Source of the DNA: a bacterium | GTDB taxonomy: Bacteria; Zhuqueibacterota; Zhuqueibacteria; Residuimicrobiales; Krinioviventaceae | Assembly: GCA_963693055.1 (NCBI GenBank) | Contig: OY843751.1 | Span: 1,120,001-1,184,000, forward strand | DNA: 64,000 nt | Direction: 5' to 3' | Shown: positions 38,429-49,162 of the stretch, piece by piece | Numbering within the stretch: the stretch's first letter is position 1 | Layout: each line of letters begins with the position of its first letter | Notes under the pieces: model-generated | Told to the model about the DNA's origin: nothing | Seen by the model: only the letters and a program-made list of their open reading frames with translations | Databases searched by the model: none | Position numbers and translations under genes: made by a program

Positions 38429-40831
38429 ATGAATACATACAAAGAACCTACAAACGGCAATGGTCAACAACCAATGAATTTTTTGTCATCGCAAGAGACC
38501 CAATTTAATTTTCAGGATTATATGCGGGTGATCTACAAGGGCCGTTTTGTAATTATGGTTTCGTTTATTTTAATAATGTTTGTTACTGTTTATTATACTT
38601 TTACTACTGAACCCGTTTATGAAGCATCCGCAAAGATCATGATTGAAGATCAACAAGGTGTAGGTGAGTCTCTGTTCGATATTTCTTCAATGATGAAAAA
38701 AGAAACCATGATCAATAACCAGGTTGAGATCCTAAAAAGCCGTACTTTGGCAGAGCAAGTAATTAAAAAACTACAAGCTTCGAAATATGCAAATGAATTG
38801 CGTATTTTGGGCAACTATCCCGAAGGTGAACAACCCAAAGAGGGCATAGTCTCTTCATTAAAGGATTTTATCAAAGGTGTTCTTTCCGGTAAAGGTGCGG
38901 AAGATGAGACAGATGAGGATATTTTTAATGGTTTTGTTCAGGATTTGAGGGATGTAATTGCAATCAGTCCTATTCGTAATACCGATATGATAGAAATAAA
39001 AGTGAGTGCGTTTTCTGCAAAAGAAGCTGCTTATTTGACAAATATTGTTGCTGATGTTTATAGTGAAATGAATCGTGATGATAGCCAGGCAGAGGTGCGA
39101 CAGGTAAAAGATTTTTTGGAAGATCAATTGGCACAATATGAAAGTGATTTGTCAAATTCTGAGGAAGATTTGAAAAATTATCGCGAGACTGCCAAAGTTA
39201 TCGCGTTGGATACAGAAACACAAGAACTGATTGAAAAACTGACAGATTTTGAAACTTTGTATAACGAAGCAAAAACTTCAATTGAAGCAGCAAGACAACG
39301 TTTGAAATATATTGATGGGCAATTGAGTAAGCAACAACTGAATCTGGATGTTGAAGCAATTTCTTCACGTCCTTATCTCGAAGAATTGAAACGACAGATT
39401 GCAGAAAAAGAAGCTGAACTTTCTTCAATGATTGGTTCAATGATATTTGTTGGTGAAGATTATGAGAACAACTATAAAATTAATTCTTTACGAAAACAGA
39501 TTGAATCTCAAAAAGAAAAGTTTAAAACCGAAGTTGAAAAAATTGCTGCTACTGAATTTATTGATCCCTCAGTAATGTCAAGTACATTGATTACAAGTAA
39601 GATTGAAGTAGAAACAGAAATCCAATCCCTGCAACCCCGTGTAAATGAATTGGGAAAACTTGTAGATCAATATCGGGGTGAACTTGAAGGCCTTCCGGAA
39701 AAAAGTTTGAAACTTGCACGACTTGAACGTGATGCCAAGGTACAGGAAAAAATATTTTTAATGCTGCAGGAGAAATATCAGGAATCTCGTATTACTGAAG
39801 TTGGTCAATTGGGTATTGTACAAATCATTGATTATGCCAAGGCTCCCGATGATCCTGTGAAACCCAAGAAAAAAGTGAATTTGATTCTTGGTTTTATGCT
39901 GGGCATTGGATTGGGTGTAGGTATAGCTTTTGTTATAGATTATTTTGACAATTCAATAAATACTATTGAAGATGTAGAACGTCTTCATTTGCCTTTAATG
40001 GCCACTATTCCATTTATAAAACCTGAACAGGGAAATGGTGTTTTGGACCGTATGCGATCTGTTGATGATACGGAAGCTCAAGATATTAATGAGCGTTTAA
40101 TTACGCATCTTAAGCCCAAATCACCTATTTCGGAAGCTTATCGTACTTTACGTACCAATATTACATTTACTGCTCCTGAAAATCCCAAAAAAGTAATTAT
40201 GGTTACCAGTAGTGGTCCCAAGGAAGGAAAGTCTACATCCATTTCAAATCTCGCAATTACCATTTCTCAAATGGGATCAAAGACGTTGCTGATTGATGCG
40301 GATCTTCGTCGTCCTATGCTGCACAAGTTATTTGGTAAGGAAAAGCAATCCGGTTTAACCAATATTCTTGTAGGCAAAGATACTATAGAATCTGCTGTTA
40401 AAGAGATTGGCAACTTACCCAATTTGCATTTGTTGACTTGTGGTATTTTACCCCCAAATCCGGCTGAACTTTTGGGTTCTGTGCAAATGAAAGAATTTTT
40501 AAAAGATGTTAAAGAAAAATATGATATGATTTTAATAGATACTCCGCCTATTATTGCTGTAACGGATTCATCAGTCTTGTCTACAATGGTAGATGGTGTA
40601 ATACTGGTTGTTCGCTCGGCCCAGAGCAAGCGAGAAGCCGTTGTTCATGCGGTTGAACAATTAAAGCGTGTTGAGGCACCGGTATTGGGTGTTCTGCTTA
40701 ACGGTATACAGGCCAAGAATGTTTATGGCTCATATTATTATTATAATTACTATCATTACTATTATGGTGCTGATGGTGAAAAGAAAAAAAAGCGTACCAA
40801 AAAACGTAGAAAAACCAAAACTACATACTAG
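38429..40831 (+). CDS. wzc: Polysaccharide co-polymerase / tyrosine autokinase
   Basis: Two TMs with coiled coil, EAYRTLRTN, GPKEGKS, IDADLRRP, DTPP, C-terminal Tyr cluster. Confidence 0.93.
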   Translation: MNTYKEPTNGNGQQPMNFLSSQETQFNFQDYMRVIYKGRFVIMVSFILIMFVTVYYTFTTEPVYEASAKIMIEDQQGVGESLFDISSMMKKETMINNQVEILKSRTLAEQVIKKLQASKYANELRILGNYPEGEQPKEGIVSSLKDFIKGVLSGKGAEDETDEDIFNGFVQDLRDVIAISPIRNTDMIEIKVSAFSAKEAAYLTNIVADVYSEMNRDDSQAEVRQVKDFLEDQLAQYESDLSNSEEDLKNYRETAKVIALDTETQELIEKLTDFETLYNEAKTSIEAARQRLKYIDGQLSKQQLNLDVEAISSRPYLEELKRQIAEKEAELSSMIGSMIFVGEDYENNYKINSLRKQIESQKEKFKTEVEKIAATEFIDPSVMSSTLITSKIEVETEIQSLQPRVNELGKLVDQYRGELEGLPEKSLKLARLERDAKVQEKIFLMLQEKYQESRITEVGQLGIVQIIDYAKAPDDPVKPKKKVNLILGFMLGIGLGVGIAFVIDYFDNSINTIEDVERLHLPLMATIPFIKPEQGNGVLDRMRSVDDTEAQDINERLITHLKPKSPISEAYRTLRTNITFTAPENPKKVIMVTSSGPKEGKSTSISNLAITISQMGSKTLLIDADLRRPMLHKLFGKEKQSGLTNILVGKDTIESAVKEIGNLPNLHLLTCGILPPNPAELLGSVQMKEFLKDVKEKYDMILIDTPPIIAVTDSSVLSTMVDGVILVVRSAQSKREAVVHAVEQLKRVEAPVLGVLLNGIQAKNVYGSYYYYNYYHYYYGADGEKKKKRTKKRRKTKTTY

Positions 40832-40851
40832 AACATCGATTATTGTAAGAT

Positions 40852-41823
40852 TTGCTAAGGAGTAAGGAAATTAATAATTTTGCACTGATTGGGGCCGCGG
40901 GCTATATTGCCCCCAGACATTTGAACGCTATCAAGGAAACAGGTAATCAACTGGTATGTGCCTTGGATACAAGCGATTCTGTGGGGATTTTGGATCGATA
41001 TTTTGATGATGTTGATTTTTTTACCGAATTTGAGAGATTTGACAGACATATTGACAAGCTGCGTAGACTAGATACTCCCAAGAAAATTGATTATGTGGGT
41101 ATTTGTTCTCCCAATTATTTACATGACGCACATATTCGGTTTGCACTTCGTTCTGAAGCAGACGCTATCTGTGAAAAGCCTCTTATGCTTAATCCATGGA
41201 ATTGTGATGCCTTGATGCAGGTTGAGGAATTGTATGGAAAAAAAGTATACAATGTATTGCAGCTTCGAGTACATCCCGCCATTGTTGAGTTGAAAAAGAA
41301 AATTCAAGCATCAAAGGGCAAACGTCATTCTATCGATTTAACATATATCACTTCTCGTGGTAAATGGTATTTTTATTCATGGAAAGGTGATATTACAAAG
41401 TCTGGGGGAGTTGCCACCAATATAGGTATTCATTTTTTTGACATGTTGTTGTGGATCTTTGGGGATGTGCAAAAATCTGTTGTGCATTATTCTGATTACA
41501 AGAAAGCAGCAGGCTTTCTTGAGCTGGAAAATGCGGATGTAAGATGGTTTTTGTCGCTTGATAAGAACGATTTACCGGAACAAGCAGTGAAAGAAGGAGA
41601 ATCCACTTTTCGATCCATTACGGTTGATGATGATGAAATTGAATTTTCAGGTGGTTTTACGGATTTGCATACCATAGTCTACAATGATATTTTGAATGGA
41701 AAGGGTTATGGTATCTCTGATGCAAAGCCATCTATTCAGGTTGCATATGATATACGACATGCAGAACCCACCAATTGGGCAGGGAAAATGCATCATCCGT
41801 ATTTAAACAGGATAAACAGTTAA
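40852..41823 (+). CDS. wbpB: UDP-GlcNAcA 3-dehydrogenase-like Gfo/Idh/MocA oxidoreductase (WbpB/WlbA)
   Basis: NFALIGAAGYIAPRH, FFTEFERF, CEKP, SGGVATNIGIHFFD. Confidence 0.88.
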   Translation: MLRSKEINNFALIGAAGYIAPRHLNAIKETGNQLVCALDTSDSVGILDRYFDDVDFFTEFERFDRHIDKLRRLDTPKKIDYVGICSPNYLHDAHIRFALRSEADAICEKPLMLNPWNCDALMQVEELYGKKVYNVLQLRVHPAIVELKKKIQASKGKRHSIDLTYITSRGKWYFYSWKGDITKSGGVATNIGIHFFDMLLWIFGDVQKSVVHYSDYKKAAGFLELENADVRWFLSLDKNDLPEQAVKEGESTFRSITVDDDEIEFSGGFTDLHTIVYNDILNGKGYGISDAKPSIQVAYDIRHAEPTNWAGKMHHPYLNRINS

Positions 41824-41873
41824 TTGACATTCTGCAATTGTTTGATAATTTGTTATACATATACCTAATGGTT

Positions 41874-42476
41874 ATGACAAAAAATATTATAAAACATAAT
41901 TTTTTATTAAATTCCGTGGATCGGGAAAAATTAAACAGGCACAGAGGTGCCTGTTTGTGGTTTACAGGTTTATCTGGCAGTGGTAAATCTACTATTGCCA
42001 ATTTGTTGGATAAAGCTTTATATGATCTAAAAATCCATTCTTATATTTTAGATGGTGATAATATTCGTACTGGTTTGAATCAGGATCTGGGTTTTTCTCC
42101 TCAGGACAGAGTTGAGAATATTCGTCGAATTGGACATGTGTCAAAATTGTTCGTTGATAGCGGGATTTTGGTGTTAACATCTTTTATATCTCCATATCGT
42201 AAAGACAGGGACAGTGTAAGAGAATTGTTTGATACAGACAGATTTGTTGAAGTTTATGTGAAATGTTCTTTGGATGTGTGCAAATCTCGGGATCCTAAAG
42301 GATTGTATAAAAAAGCAATGGATGGAGAAATTCAGGACTTTACGGGTGTTTCGGCACCTTATGAAGAACCAATTGATCCGGAAATCGTATTAGAAAATAA
42401 TGATAATAATGATCTGGAAACGAGTGTAAAAACAATACTCGATTATTTGAGAAACAAAAATATAATTAGTGTTTGA
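41874..42476 (+). CDS. cysC: Adenylyl-sulfate kinase
   Basis: [40 protein letters not shown]. Confidence 0.95.
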   Translation: MTKNIIKHNFLLNSVDREKLNRHRGACLWFTGLSGSGKSTIANLLDKALYDLKIHSYILDGDNIRTGLNQDLGFSPQDRVENIRRIGHVSKLFVDSGILVLTSFISPYRKDRDSVRELFDTDRFVEVYVKCSLDVCKSRDPKGLYKKAMDGEIQDFTGVSAPYEEPIDPEIVLENNDNNDLETSVKTILDYLRNKNIISV

Positions 42477-42484
42477 GGTTTATT

Positions 42485-43366
42485 ATGGACCATTTGGAAC
42501 AACTGGAAAATAAAAGTATATATATATTGCGCGAAGCTTATGCAAATTTTAAAAATCTTTGTATGCTTTGGTCGATTGGTAAAGATAGTACAGTCTTGTT
42601 ATGGTTAGCAAGGAAGGCTTTTTTTAGTCATGTACCTATTCCACTTGTACATATAGATACTGCTTATAAAATTCCGGAAATGATAGAGTACAGAGACAAG
42701 CTGGCAATGGAATGGTCATTAACTATGATTTATGGCCAAAATGAAGAGGCTTTAAAAACAAAACGCACATTTCCTGATGGAAATGCTGATCGTATTACCT
42801 GCTGTCGTCTGTTAAAGACAGAAGCATTAGTAAATACATTGAATGGTGCTGGAAAACGCTATCGTTTGAATCTTGAAACGGGTAAATATGAAGTTGATAC
42901 CAATACCGAACCCTATACGGGTGTTATTGTGGGAGCTCGCGCTGATGAAGAAGGCAGTCGTTCAAAAGAAAGATATTTTTCTCCCAGAGATCAGGAAAGT
43001 ATATGGGATATAGGTGACCAACCACCCGAGTTCTGGAATCAGTATAAAACTGATTTTGCTCCCGGAACGCATGTGCGGGTGCACCCATTGTTAGACTGGA
43101 CTGAATTGAATATATGGGAATACATAAAAAGAGAGAATATACCAACAGTGTCTTTGTATTATGACCAGGGAGATGGCAAACGTTACCGCTCTTTGGGATG
43201 TTATCCATGTACCTTCCCGGTAGAGTCTGATGCCCAAAATGTGGATGAGATTATTGAAGAATTGAAAACCGGCAAATTTGCAAACATTGCTGAAAGGTCA
43301 GGACGAGCTCAGGATAAAGATGATGGTGGCGGCCTTGAAACTTTGAGACGTGATGGGTATATGTAA
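42485..43366 (+). CDS. cysD: Sulfate adenylyltransferase subunit 2
   Basis: [37 protein letters not shown]. Confidence 0.95.
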   Translation: MDHLEQLENKSIYILREAYANFKNLCMLWSIGKDSTVLLWLARKAFFSHVPIPLVHIDTAYKIPEMIEYRDKLAMEWSLTMIYGQNEEALKTKRTFPDGNADRITCCRLLKTEALVNTLNGAGKRYRLNLETGKYEVDTNTEPYTGVIVGARADEEGSRSKERYFSPRDQESIWDIGDQPPEFWNQYKTDFAPGTHVRVHPLLDWTELNIWEYIKRENIPTVSLYYDQGDGKRYRSLGCYPCTFPVESDAQNVDEIIEELKTGKFANIAERSGRAQDKDDGGGLETLRRDGYM

Positions 43367-43384
43367 TCTTATAGGATGTTATAA

Positions 43385-45178
43385 ATGAAAGAACAAATGA
43401 ATATAGTAATTGCCGGACATGTTGATCACGGTAAAAGTACAATTATTGGTAGAATGCTTGCAGATACAAAATCTTTGCCTGAAGGAAAGCTGGAGCAGGT
43501 TAAAGCTAATTGTAAATTGAATTCTAAACCTTTTGAATATGCATTTTTGCTTGATGCACTCAAAGATGAGCAGGCACAAGGTATAACAATAGACTCTGCT
43601 CGTGTCTTCTTTAAAACTGAAAAACGTCACTATATTATTATTGATGCTCCCGGACATATCGAGTTTTTAAAAAATATGGTGTCTGGTGCTTCACGAGCAG
43701 AAGCAGGATTGCTTGTTATTGATGCGTATGAAGGAATACAGGAAAATTCCAGAAGGCATGGATATATGCTGTCTATGTTGGGTATTAAACAGATTGCAAT
43801 TCTTGTAAATAAAATGGATTTGGTAAACTATGATCAAAAAGTTTATGATGCTATTGTTAAAGAATATCGGGAATTTCTTGAAAAGATTGATGTAGAACCA
43901 AAATGTTTTATACCCGTGAGTGGTAGGGAAGGTGATAATATTACTGCAAGTATCAATCATATGGATTGGTATCAGGGGGATTGTCTTTTAGATATTTTGG
44001 ATGATTTTGAAAAAGAAAAACCTGATTTTAAAAAGCCATTCCGGTTCCCGGTACAGGATGTTTACAAGTTTACGAATAAAAAAGATGATCGTCGTATTGT
44101 TGCCGGGAATGTAGAAAGTGGCAGTATTAAAGTTGGAACAGAAGTTGTTTTTTATCCTTCAGGTAAGCGCAGTAGAATCAAATCCATTGAAGGATTTAAT
44201 ATTGATCCCAAAGAAACTGCATATGTAGGGGAATCGGCAGGGTTTACTCTTGAGGAGCAGATCTATGTAACTCGCGGTGATATTATGACAAATGCCGCAG
44301 AAATAAAACCCGAGGTTGCGCGTAGATTAAGGTTAAATCTTTTCTGGATGGGAAAAGAACCTTTTGTAAAAAATAAAGATTACTTTTTAAAAGTGGGTAC
44401 AGCCAAAGTACGCTGTCGCCTGGAAGAAATACATAGATTAATTAATGCTTCTGATCTTAACTCCATTCAAAGTGAACAGGTTAATAGACATGATGTAGCT
44501 GAATGTACTTTGCAGTTGAATAAAGCAATTGCTTTTGATACTGTAGATAAAATTGCAACTACAAGCCGTTTTGTGATTGTCGATGATTATGAGATTGCAG
44601 GTGGCGGTATTATCAAAGAGCCACTTGAAGATAAATTGGCTTGGGTTCGTGATAAAGTGATTCTTCGCAATTATAAATGGGAAAAGAGTATTATTACTGA
44701 AGACCAGCGGGCTGAAAAGTATAACCAAAAATCGGTTATGATAATTTTAACCGGTCCCCAAAAAGTTGGCAAGAAGGAAGTAGCAAAATCCTTGGAGGCC
44801 AATTTATTCAATGATGGCAAGTGGGTTTATTTTCTCGGGATCGGTAATGTGCTCTATGGTGTAGATGCAGATATTAAGAAACAAGATAATACAGAGAACC
44901 GGCAAGAACACTTGCGTAGATTGTCCGAAGTGGGACACCTGTTACTTGATTCGGGAATGATTTTGATTGTGACTGCTGTAGAGCTTACTCAGGATGACCT
45001 TGAAATTATTAAAACAACGATTCATCCCGATAAAATCAAAGTTGTGTGGGTTGGAGATGAATTGACTACAGATGTTTCGTTTGATACCAAGGTACCAGGT
45101 TTGCTGGATGTTGAGGAATCCGTGGTTAAATTGAAATCCATGTTACAAGATAATGGATTTATCTATAAACCTTGGTAA
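43385..45178 (+). CDS. cysN: Sulfate adenylyltransferase subunit 1 (GTPase) with degenerate APS-kinase-like C-terminus
   Basis: [27 protein letters not shown]. Confidence 0.93.
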   Translation: MKEQMNIVIAGHVDHGKSTIIGRMLADTKSLPEGKLEQVKANCKLNSKPFEYAFLLDALKDEQAQGITIDSARVFFKTEKRHYIIIDAPGHIEFLKNMVSGASRAEAGLLVIDAYEGIQENSRRHGYMLSMLGIKQIAILVNKMDLVNYDQKVYDAIVKEYREFLEKIDVEPKCFIPVSGREGDNITASINHMDWYQGDCLLDILDDFEKEKPDFKKPFRFPVQDVYKFTNKKDDRRIVAGNVESGSIKVGTEVVFYPSGKRSRIKSIEGFNIDPKETAYVGESAGFTLEEQIYVTRGDIMTNAAEIKPEVARRLRLNLFWMGKEPFVKNKDYFLKVGTAKVRCRLEEIHRLINASDLNSIQSEQVNRHDVAECTLQLNKAIAFDTVDKIATTSRFVIVDDYEIAGGGIIKEPLEDKLAWVRDKVILRNYKWEKSIITEDQRAEKYNQKSVMIILTGPQKVGKKEVAKSLEANLFNDGKWVYFLGIGNVLYGVDADIKKQDNTENRQEHLRRLSEVGHLLLDSGMILIVTAVELTQDDLEIIKTTIHPDKIKVVWVGDELTTDVSFDTKVPGLLDVEESVVKLKSMLQDNGFIYKPW

Positions 45179-45198
45179 TTTTAAGGAGCGAATAATAA

Positions 45199-46977
45199 TT
45201 GCTAAGCTTTTCTTTTATCTATACTTCGATTGTAGTTTTGGGAATGACTGCTATCTTGATGCTGGATTTGTATGAAGCTGAAATTGTAGTTTTTGCTTCA
45301 TTGATCTTTTTGGTTTTAGGTGGGATCATTGATACAAAAGAAGCCTTTGCAGGATTTTCTAATCATGGTATGATTACTGTTGCATTCTTATTTATTGTTG
45401 CAGCTTCTATTCAAAAAACCGGTTTGCTAAACAAACTTTCTACATTATTGTTGGGTAGAAATAACAAACACATGTCTTTCAAGCTATTCAGGTTTCTTGT
45501 GCCGGTTTCAACCTTTTCAGCATTTTTCAACAACACACCCATTGTAGCGATGTTGATACCTTCCTTGAGGTATTGGGCCCGAAAACACAATATATCCGCA
45601 TCAAAATTATTAATCCCTTTATCATACGCTGCTATTCTGGGTGGAACATGCACATTGATTGGCACCAGTACCAATCTCGTTGTGCATGGTTTGATGATCG
45701 AGAACAATTACCAAGGCTTTTCATTGTTCGAGTTTACCAAGGTCGGACTTCCCATGGCAATTGTTGGATTGCTGTTTACAACATTTGTAGGATTCCGATT
45801 GCTGCCTGATAGAAAAGAAATGGTAGTTCAGCTTTCTGATAATATCCGCGAATTTGTTGTTGGATTAAAAGTCCAAGAGGACTATCAGGCAATTGGAAAG
45901 ACCATTGAGAATGCAGGTCTGCGCCACCTCAGCGGGCTGTTTCTGTTTCAAATAGAAAGAAATGAAAAGATTATAACACCCGTAGGCCCGGAAGAGAAAA
46001 TAAAGCTGAATGATCGGTTATATTTTACTGGACTTCCTGAAACTATTGTAGAACTGCAGAAAACGCAGGGATTGGTGCTCCTTCAGGATAATTTAATAGA
46101 TCTAAAACAATATGATTCCGATAAATACAAAACCTTTGAAGTTGTGATTTCTCAAAATTCACAATTGGTAGGACAAAAAGTTAAAGACAGTGATTTCCGC
46201 AGAAAGTATAATGCGGTTATTTTAGGTATTCACCGCAGTGGAGAGCGGATTCAGAAGAAAATTGGAGATATTGTTCTGCATGTCGGCGACACTTTGTTTA
46301 TTCTTGCGGATAATGGATTCCTTAAAAAGTGGTACTATTCAACCGAGTTTAACCTGGTTTCCGAATCGTTCTCATATCCTTCCAAGCCAGGTTGGTATAC
46401 GCCTTTTGCGCTGATTGTATTACTTGCTATGATTATTGTAATGGGATTCAATCTGCTGCCCATTGTGTTAGCTGTTGCAGTGGCAGCCATGATCTATATT
46501 TTAAGCAAATGTATTTCTCCTGCTGAAGCATTAAGCAGCATTAACTGGAGCATTCTATTGATCATAGCGTCTTCGTTTGGAATCTCCAAGGCATTGGTAA
46601 ACTCGGGAGTGGCTACATTTGTTGCGCATGAGATATTGGGTGTATTTAGTGGAATGGGTGTTTTTGTGATTTTAGCAGTTATCTATTATATGACCAGCTT
46701 TTACACCGAAGTAATTACCAACAACTCGGCAGCTGCGCTCATGTTCCCCATAGCGTTGTCAGTTGCAAATCAGGCGGGACTCGATCCCCGTCCATTCTTT
46801 ATTGCAACCGCTTTGGCTGCCTCGGCAAGCTTTTCAACACCTATAGGGTACCAAACTAATCTCATGGTTTATGGTCCAGGTGGCTATAAATTTCGAGATT
46901 TTCTAAAAATTGGTCTTCCAATGAATATTTTTATTGGACTTTTAGCAATTGTTTTGCTATATTGGTTCTACTTTTAG
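45199..46977 (+). CDS. SLC13/DASS permease with TrkA-C domains (putative sulfate transporter)
   Basis: SAFFNNTPIV, TLIGTSTN, TPIGYQTNLMV. Confidence 0.88.
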   Translation: MLSFSFIYTSIVVLGMTAILMLDLYEAEIVVFASLIFLVLGGIIDTKEAFAGFSNHGMITVAFLFIVAASIQKTGLLNKLSTLLLGRNNKHMSFKLFRFLVPVSTFSAFFNNTPIVAMLIPSLRYWARKHNISASKLLIPLSYAAILGGTCTLIGTSTNLVVHGLMIENNYQGFSLFEFTKVGLPMAIVGLLFTTFVGFRLLPDRKEMVVQLSDNIREFVVGLKVQEDYQAIGKTIENAGLRHLSGLFLFQIERNEKIITPVGPEEKIKLNDRLYFTGLPETIVELQKTQGLVLLQDNLIDLKQYDSDKYKTFEVVISQNSQLVGQKVKDSDFRRKYNAVILGIHRSGERIQKKIGDIVLHVGDTLFILADNGFLKKWYYSTEFNLVSESFSYPSKPGWYTPFALIVLLAMIIVMGFNLLPIVLAVAVAAMIYILSKCISPAEALSSINWSILLIIASSFGISKALVNSGVATFVAHEILGVFSGMGVFVILAVIYYMTSFYTEVITNNSAAALMFPIALSVANQAGLDPRPFFIATALAASASFSTPIGYQTNLMVYGPGGYKFRDFLKIGLPMNIFIGLLAIVLLYWFYF

Positions 46978-46989
46978 GATGAGGGGTTA

Positions 46990-47754
46990 TTGGCAGTAGA
47001 AATCGACAAAATTTGTTCTATCGCTGTGGAAGCGGGTAAAGAAATCCTCAATGTTTACGAATCGAGCGATTTCGAGGTTGAGATGAAAAGCGATAACAGT
47101 CCATTAACTATTGCGGACAAACGATCACACACAGTGATCAAAACTCAACTAGAAAAGCATTATCCGGATATACCCGTGCTTTCTGAAGAAGGCAGGGAGA
47201 TTTCTTTTGCTGAGCGTAAAAATTGGAACCCTTTTTGGTTGGTGGATCCGCTGGACGGCACCAAAGAGTTTATAAAGCGCAATGGTGAATTTACCGTAAA
47301 TATAGCGCTGATTGAAAATAATTTGCCGGTTTTGGGTGTTATATATGCACCGGTGCCAGATACGCTCTATTACGCAAATCAGAGCAATGGCGCCTATATA
47401 AAACATTCGGACTCGGCCCCGTTGCCCATTCATGCGGATACTGATACTATGGATGGCGTGGTGATTGTCCGAAGCCGCTCGCACGCGTCGGATGCTGAGG
47501 ATGAGTTTTATAGCCGCTATACCGTCAAAGACGAGATTGCGGTGGGAAGTTCGCTCAAATTCTGCATGCTGGCCGAGGGCAAGGCGCATGTGTATTACCG
47601 TCATGGTCCCACAATGGAGTGGGACACTGCAGCAGGACACGCCATAGCAAACGCCGCCGGTGCCAGGGTAACCCAACCGGATGGCAGTGCGTTTACCTAT
47701 AATAAGCCCGAGTTGTTGAACGGCCCGTTTTTAGTAAGTGTAAACAATGTGTGA
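46990..47754 (+). CDS. cysQ: 3'(2'),5'-bisphosphate nucleotidase
   Basis: SPLTIAD, LSEE, WLVDPLDGTKEF, EWDTAAG. Confidence 0.95.
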   Translation: MAVEIDKICSIAVEAGKEILNVYESSDFEVEMKSDNSPLTIADKRSHTVIKTQLEKHYPDIPVLSEEGREISFAERKNWNPFWLVDPLDGTKEFIKRNGEFTVNIALIENNLPVLGVIYAPVPDTLYYANQSNGAYIKHSDSAPLPIHADTDTMDGVVIVRSRSHASDAEDEFYSRYTVKDEIAVGSSLKFCMLAEGKAHVYYRHGPTMEWDTAAGHAIANAAGARVTQPDGSAFTYNKPELLNGPFLVSVNNV

Positions 47755-47759
47755 TGATT

Positions 47760-49148
47760 ATGAAAATTTTAAAATACATACCGCTTTTACTGATTGTCGC
47801 GTCTCTTTCCTGTACCAAGGTGTTTGACGCGCCAACCGAATTTTCTTTGTTTGGCAATGTAACCCTTGAGGATGAAACCGATTACAGCGGCATTACCGTT
47901 GAGGTTTACAGCCTGGCGAAAATGGATACCGCGGTAACCAACCTGCAGGCACGGTTTCCCAGCGTGGGATTTCCCATTACCCAGGCAGCTATTTTTGACC
48001 ACCGCGAGAAAACGCCCCTGTACACCACCACCACGGATGAAAATGGCGACTGGGCCCTGAACAAGATTGAAGAAGGGGAATACAACATTGTCGCGCGCAA
48101 AGCGGGGTATGGATGGAAGTATGTATACAATGTAATCGCCGCCACCGAAATGCCTGAAATAGAGCTCAAACCCGAGATTCGTGTGGAAGGCACGCTAGAC
48201 GCCTATACTGTCTGGGGCCCGGACCAGCATTATGTGGTTACCGGTGATATCACCGTACCCGAAAACGGTCAGTTGATTGTGGATAAGGGGACATGGATTA
48301 GATTTGATGGTTACCATATGATTTATGTGAATGGTGCATTCCATACAAATGAAGACGAAGTTGAGTTCATACATTGGGTGGGTGAAGATGGTGCCGAGTG
48401 GAATGGAATGAGAATAAATGAAAATATGACTATTGTATTAAGTAATTCGATTATTAAAAATTGCTCAAAAAGTGTTAGAATTATTAATAATAAAAATGTT
48501 ATTATAGAGAAAATATTTACAAAAGAAATAAAAAGTGATTTTTTTAATATTACCGATTGTGATAATGTAAAAATTAATAATACAATAAATTTAAATAATG
48601 TAAAAACATTTTACTTGTTGAATTGCAATTTTTCAGAAATTAGCAATAATATTTTTGTTTCAAATGAAGATGCATTAGAAATTGAAGATACTGAAGCAAA
48701 TGCTAAAAATAATTATTTTTTGAATAATGAAATTGCACTACATCCACATTTCAGAAAAATGATAAAGATTTCAAATAATAGATTTGAAAATAATGAAATT
48801 GGGATATTTTGTTCGGGGGCTGAACCATCAATAAAATATAATAGCTTTTATAGTAATAAAATGTCAATATATTTAGGAGTTGAATTTTCTAGTTTCGATT
48901 CAAAACCAGAGATAAATTATAATAATTTTTTTGCTAATGAATATGCGATTTACATATGGGGTGTTGAAACAGGATCAAATAGATATGATTTGAATTGTAA
49001 AAATAATTATTGGAATTATTTTTCAAACGAAGAAATAGATGAAATTGTTTGGGATAAAAAAGATTATGAAAACAATCCAGATTTTATTGGAAATGTTATT
49101 TATACTCCTTTTTTATTTACAAGTGTTGATAGTGCTGGCGTTTATTAA
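47760..49148 (+). CDS. Lipoprotein with carboxypeptidase-regulatory-like domain and right-handed beta-helix
   Basis: Lipobox SLSC; YNIVARKAGY; Asn-ladder repeats and NNYW. Confidence 0.7.
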   Translation: MKILKYIPLLLIVASLSCTKVFDAPTEFSLFGNVTLEDETDYSGITVEVYSLAKMDTAVTNLQARFPSVGFPITQAAIFDHREKTPLYTTTTDENGDWALNKIEEGEYNIVARKAGYGWKYVYNVIAATEMPEIELKPEIRVEGTLDAYTVWGPDQHYVVTGDITVPENGQLIVDKGTWIRFDGYHMIYVNGAFHTNEDEVEFIHWVGEDGAEWNGMRINENMTIVLSNSIIKNCSKSVRIINNKNVIIEKIFTKEIKSDFFNITDCDNVKINNTINLNNVKTFYLLNCNFSEISNNIFVSNEDALEIEDTEANAKNNYFLNNEIALHPHFRKMIKISNNRFENNEIGIFCSGAEPSIKYNSFYSNKMSIYLGVEFSSFDSKPEINYNNFFANEYAIYIWGVETGSNRYDLNCKNNYWNYFSNEEIDEIVWDKKDYENNPDFIGNVIYTPFLFTSVDSAGVY

Positions 49149-49162
49149 TTCCCCTCACTATT

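Noticed and set aside
40720-40831. TAT-rich repeat and basic tail at the end of wzc
   Set aside because: Explained by the normal BY-kinase tyrosine cluster.
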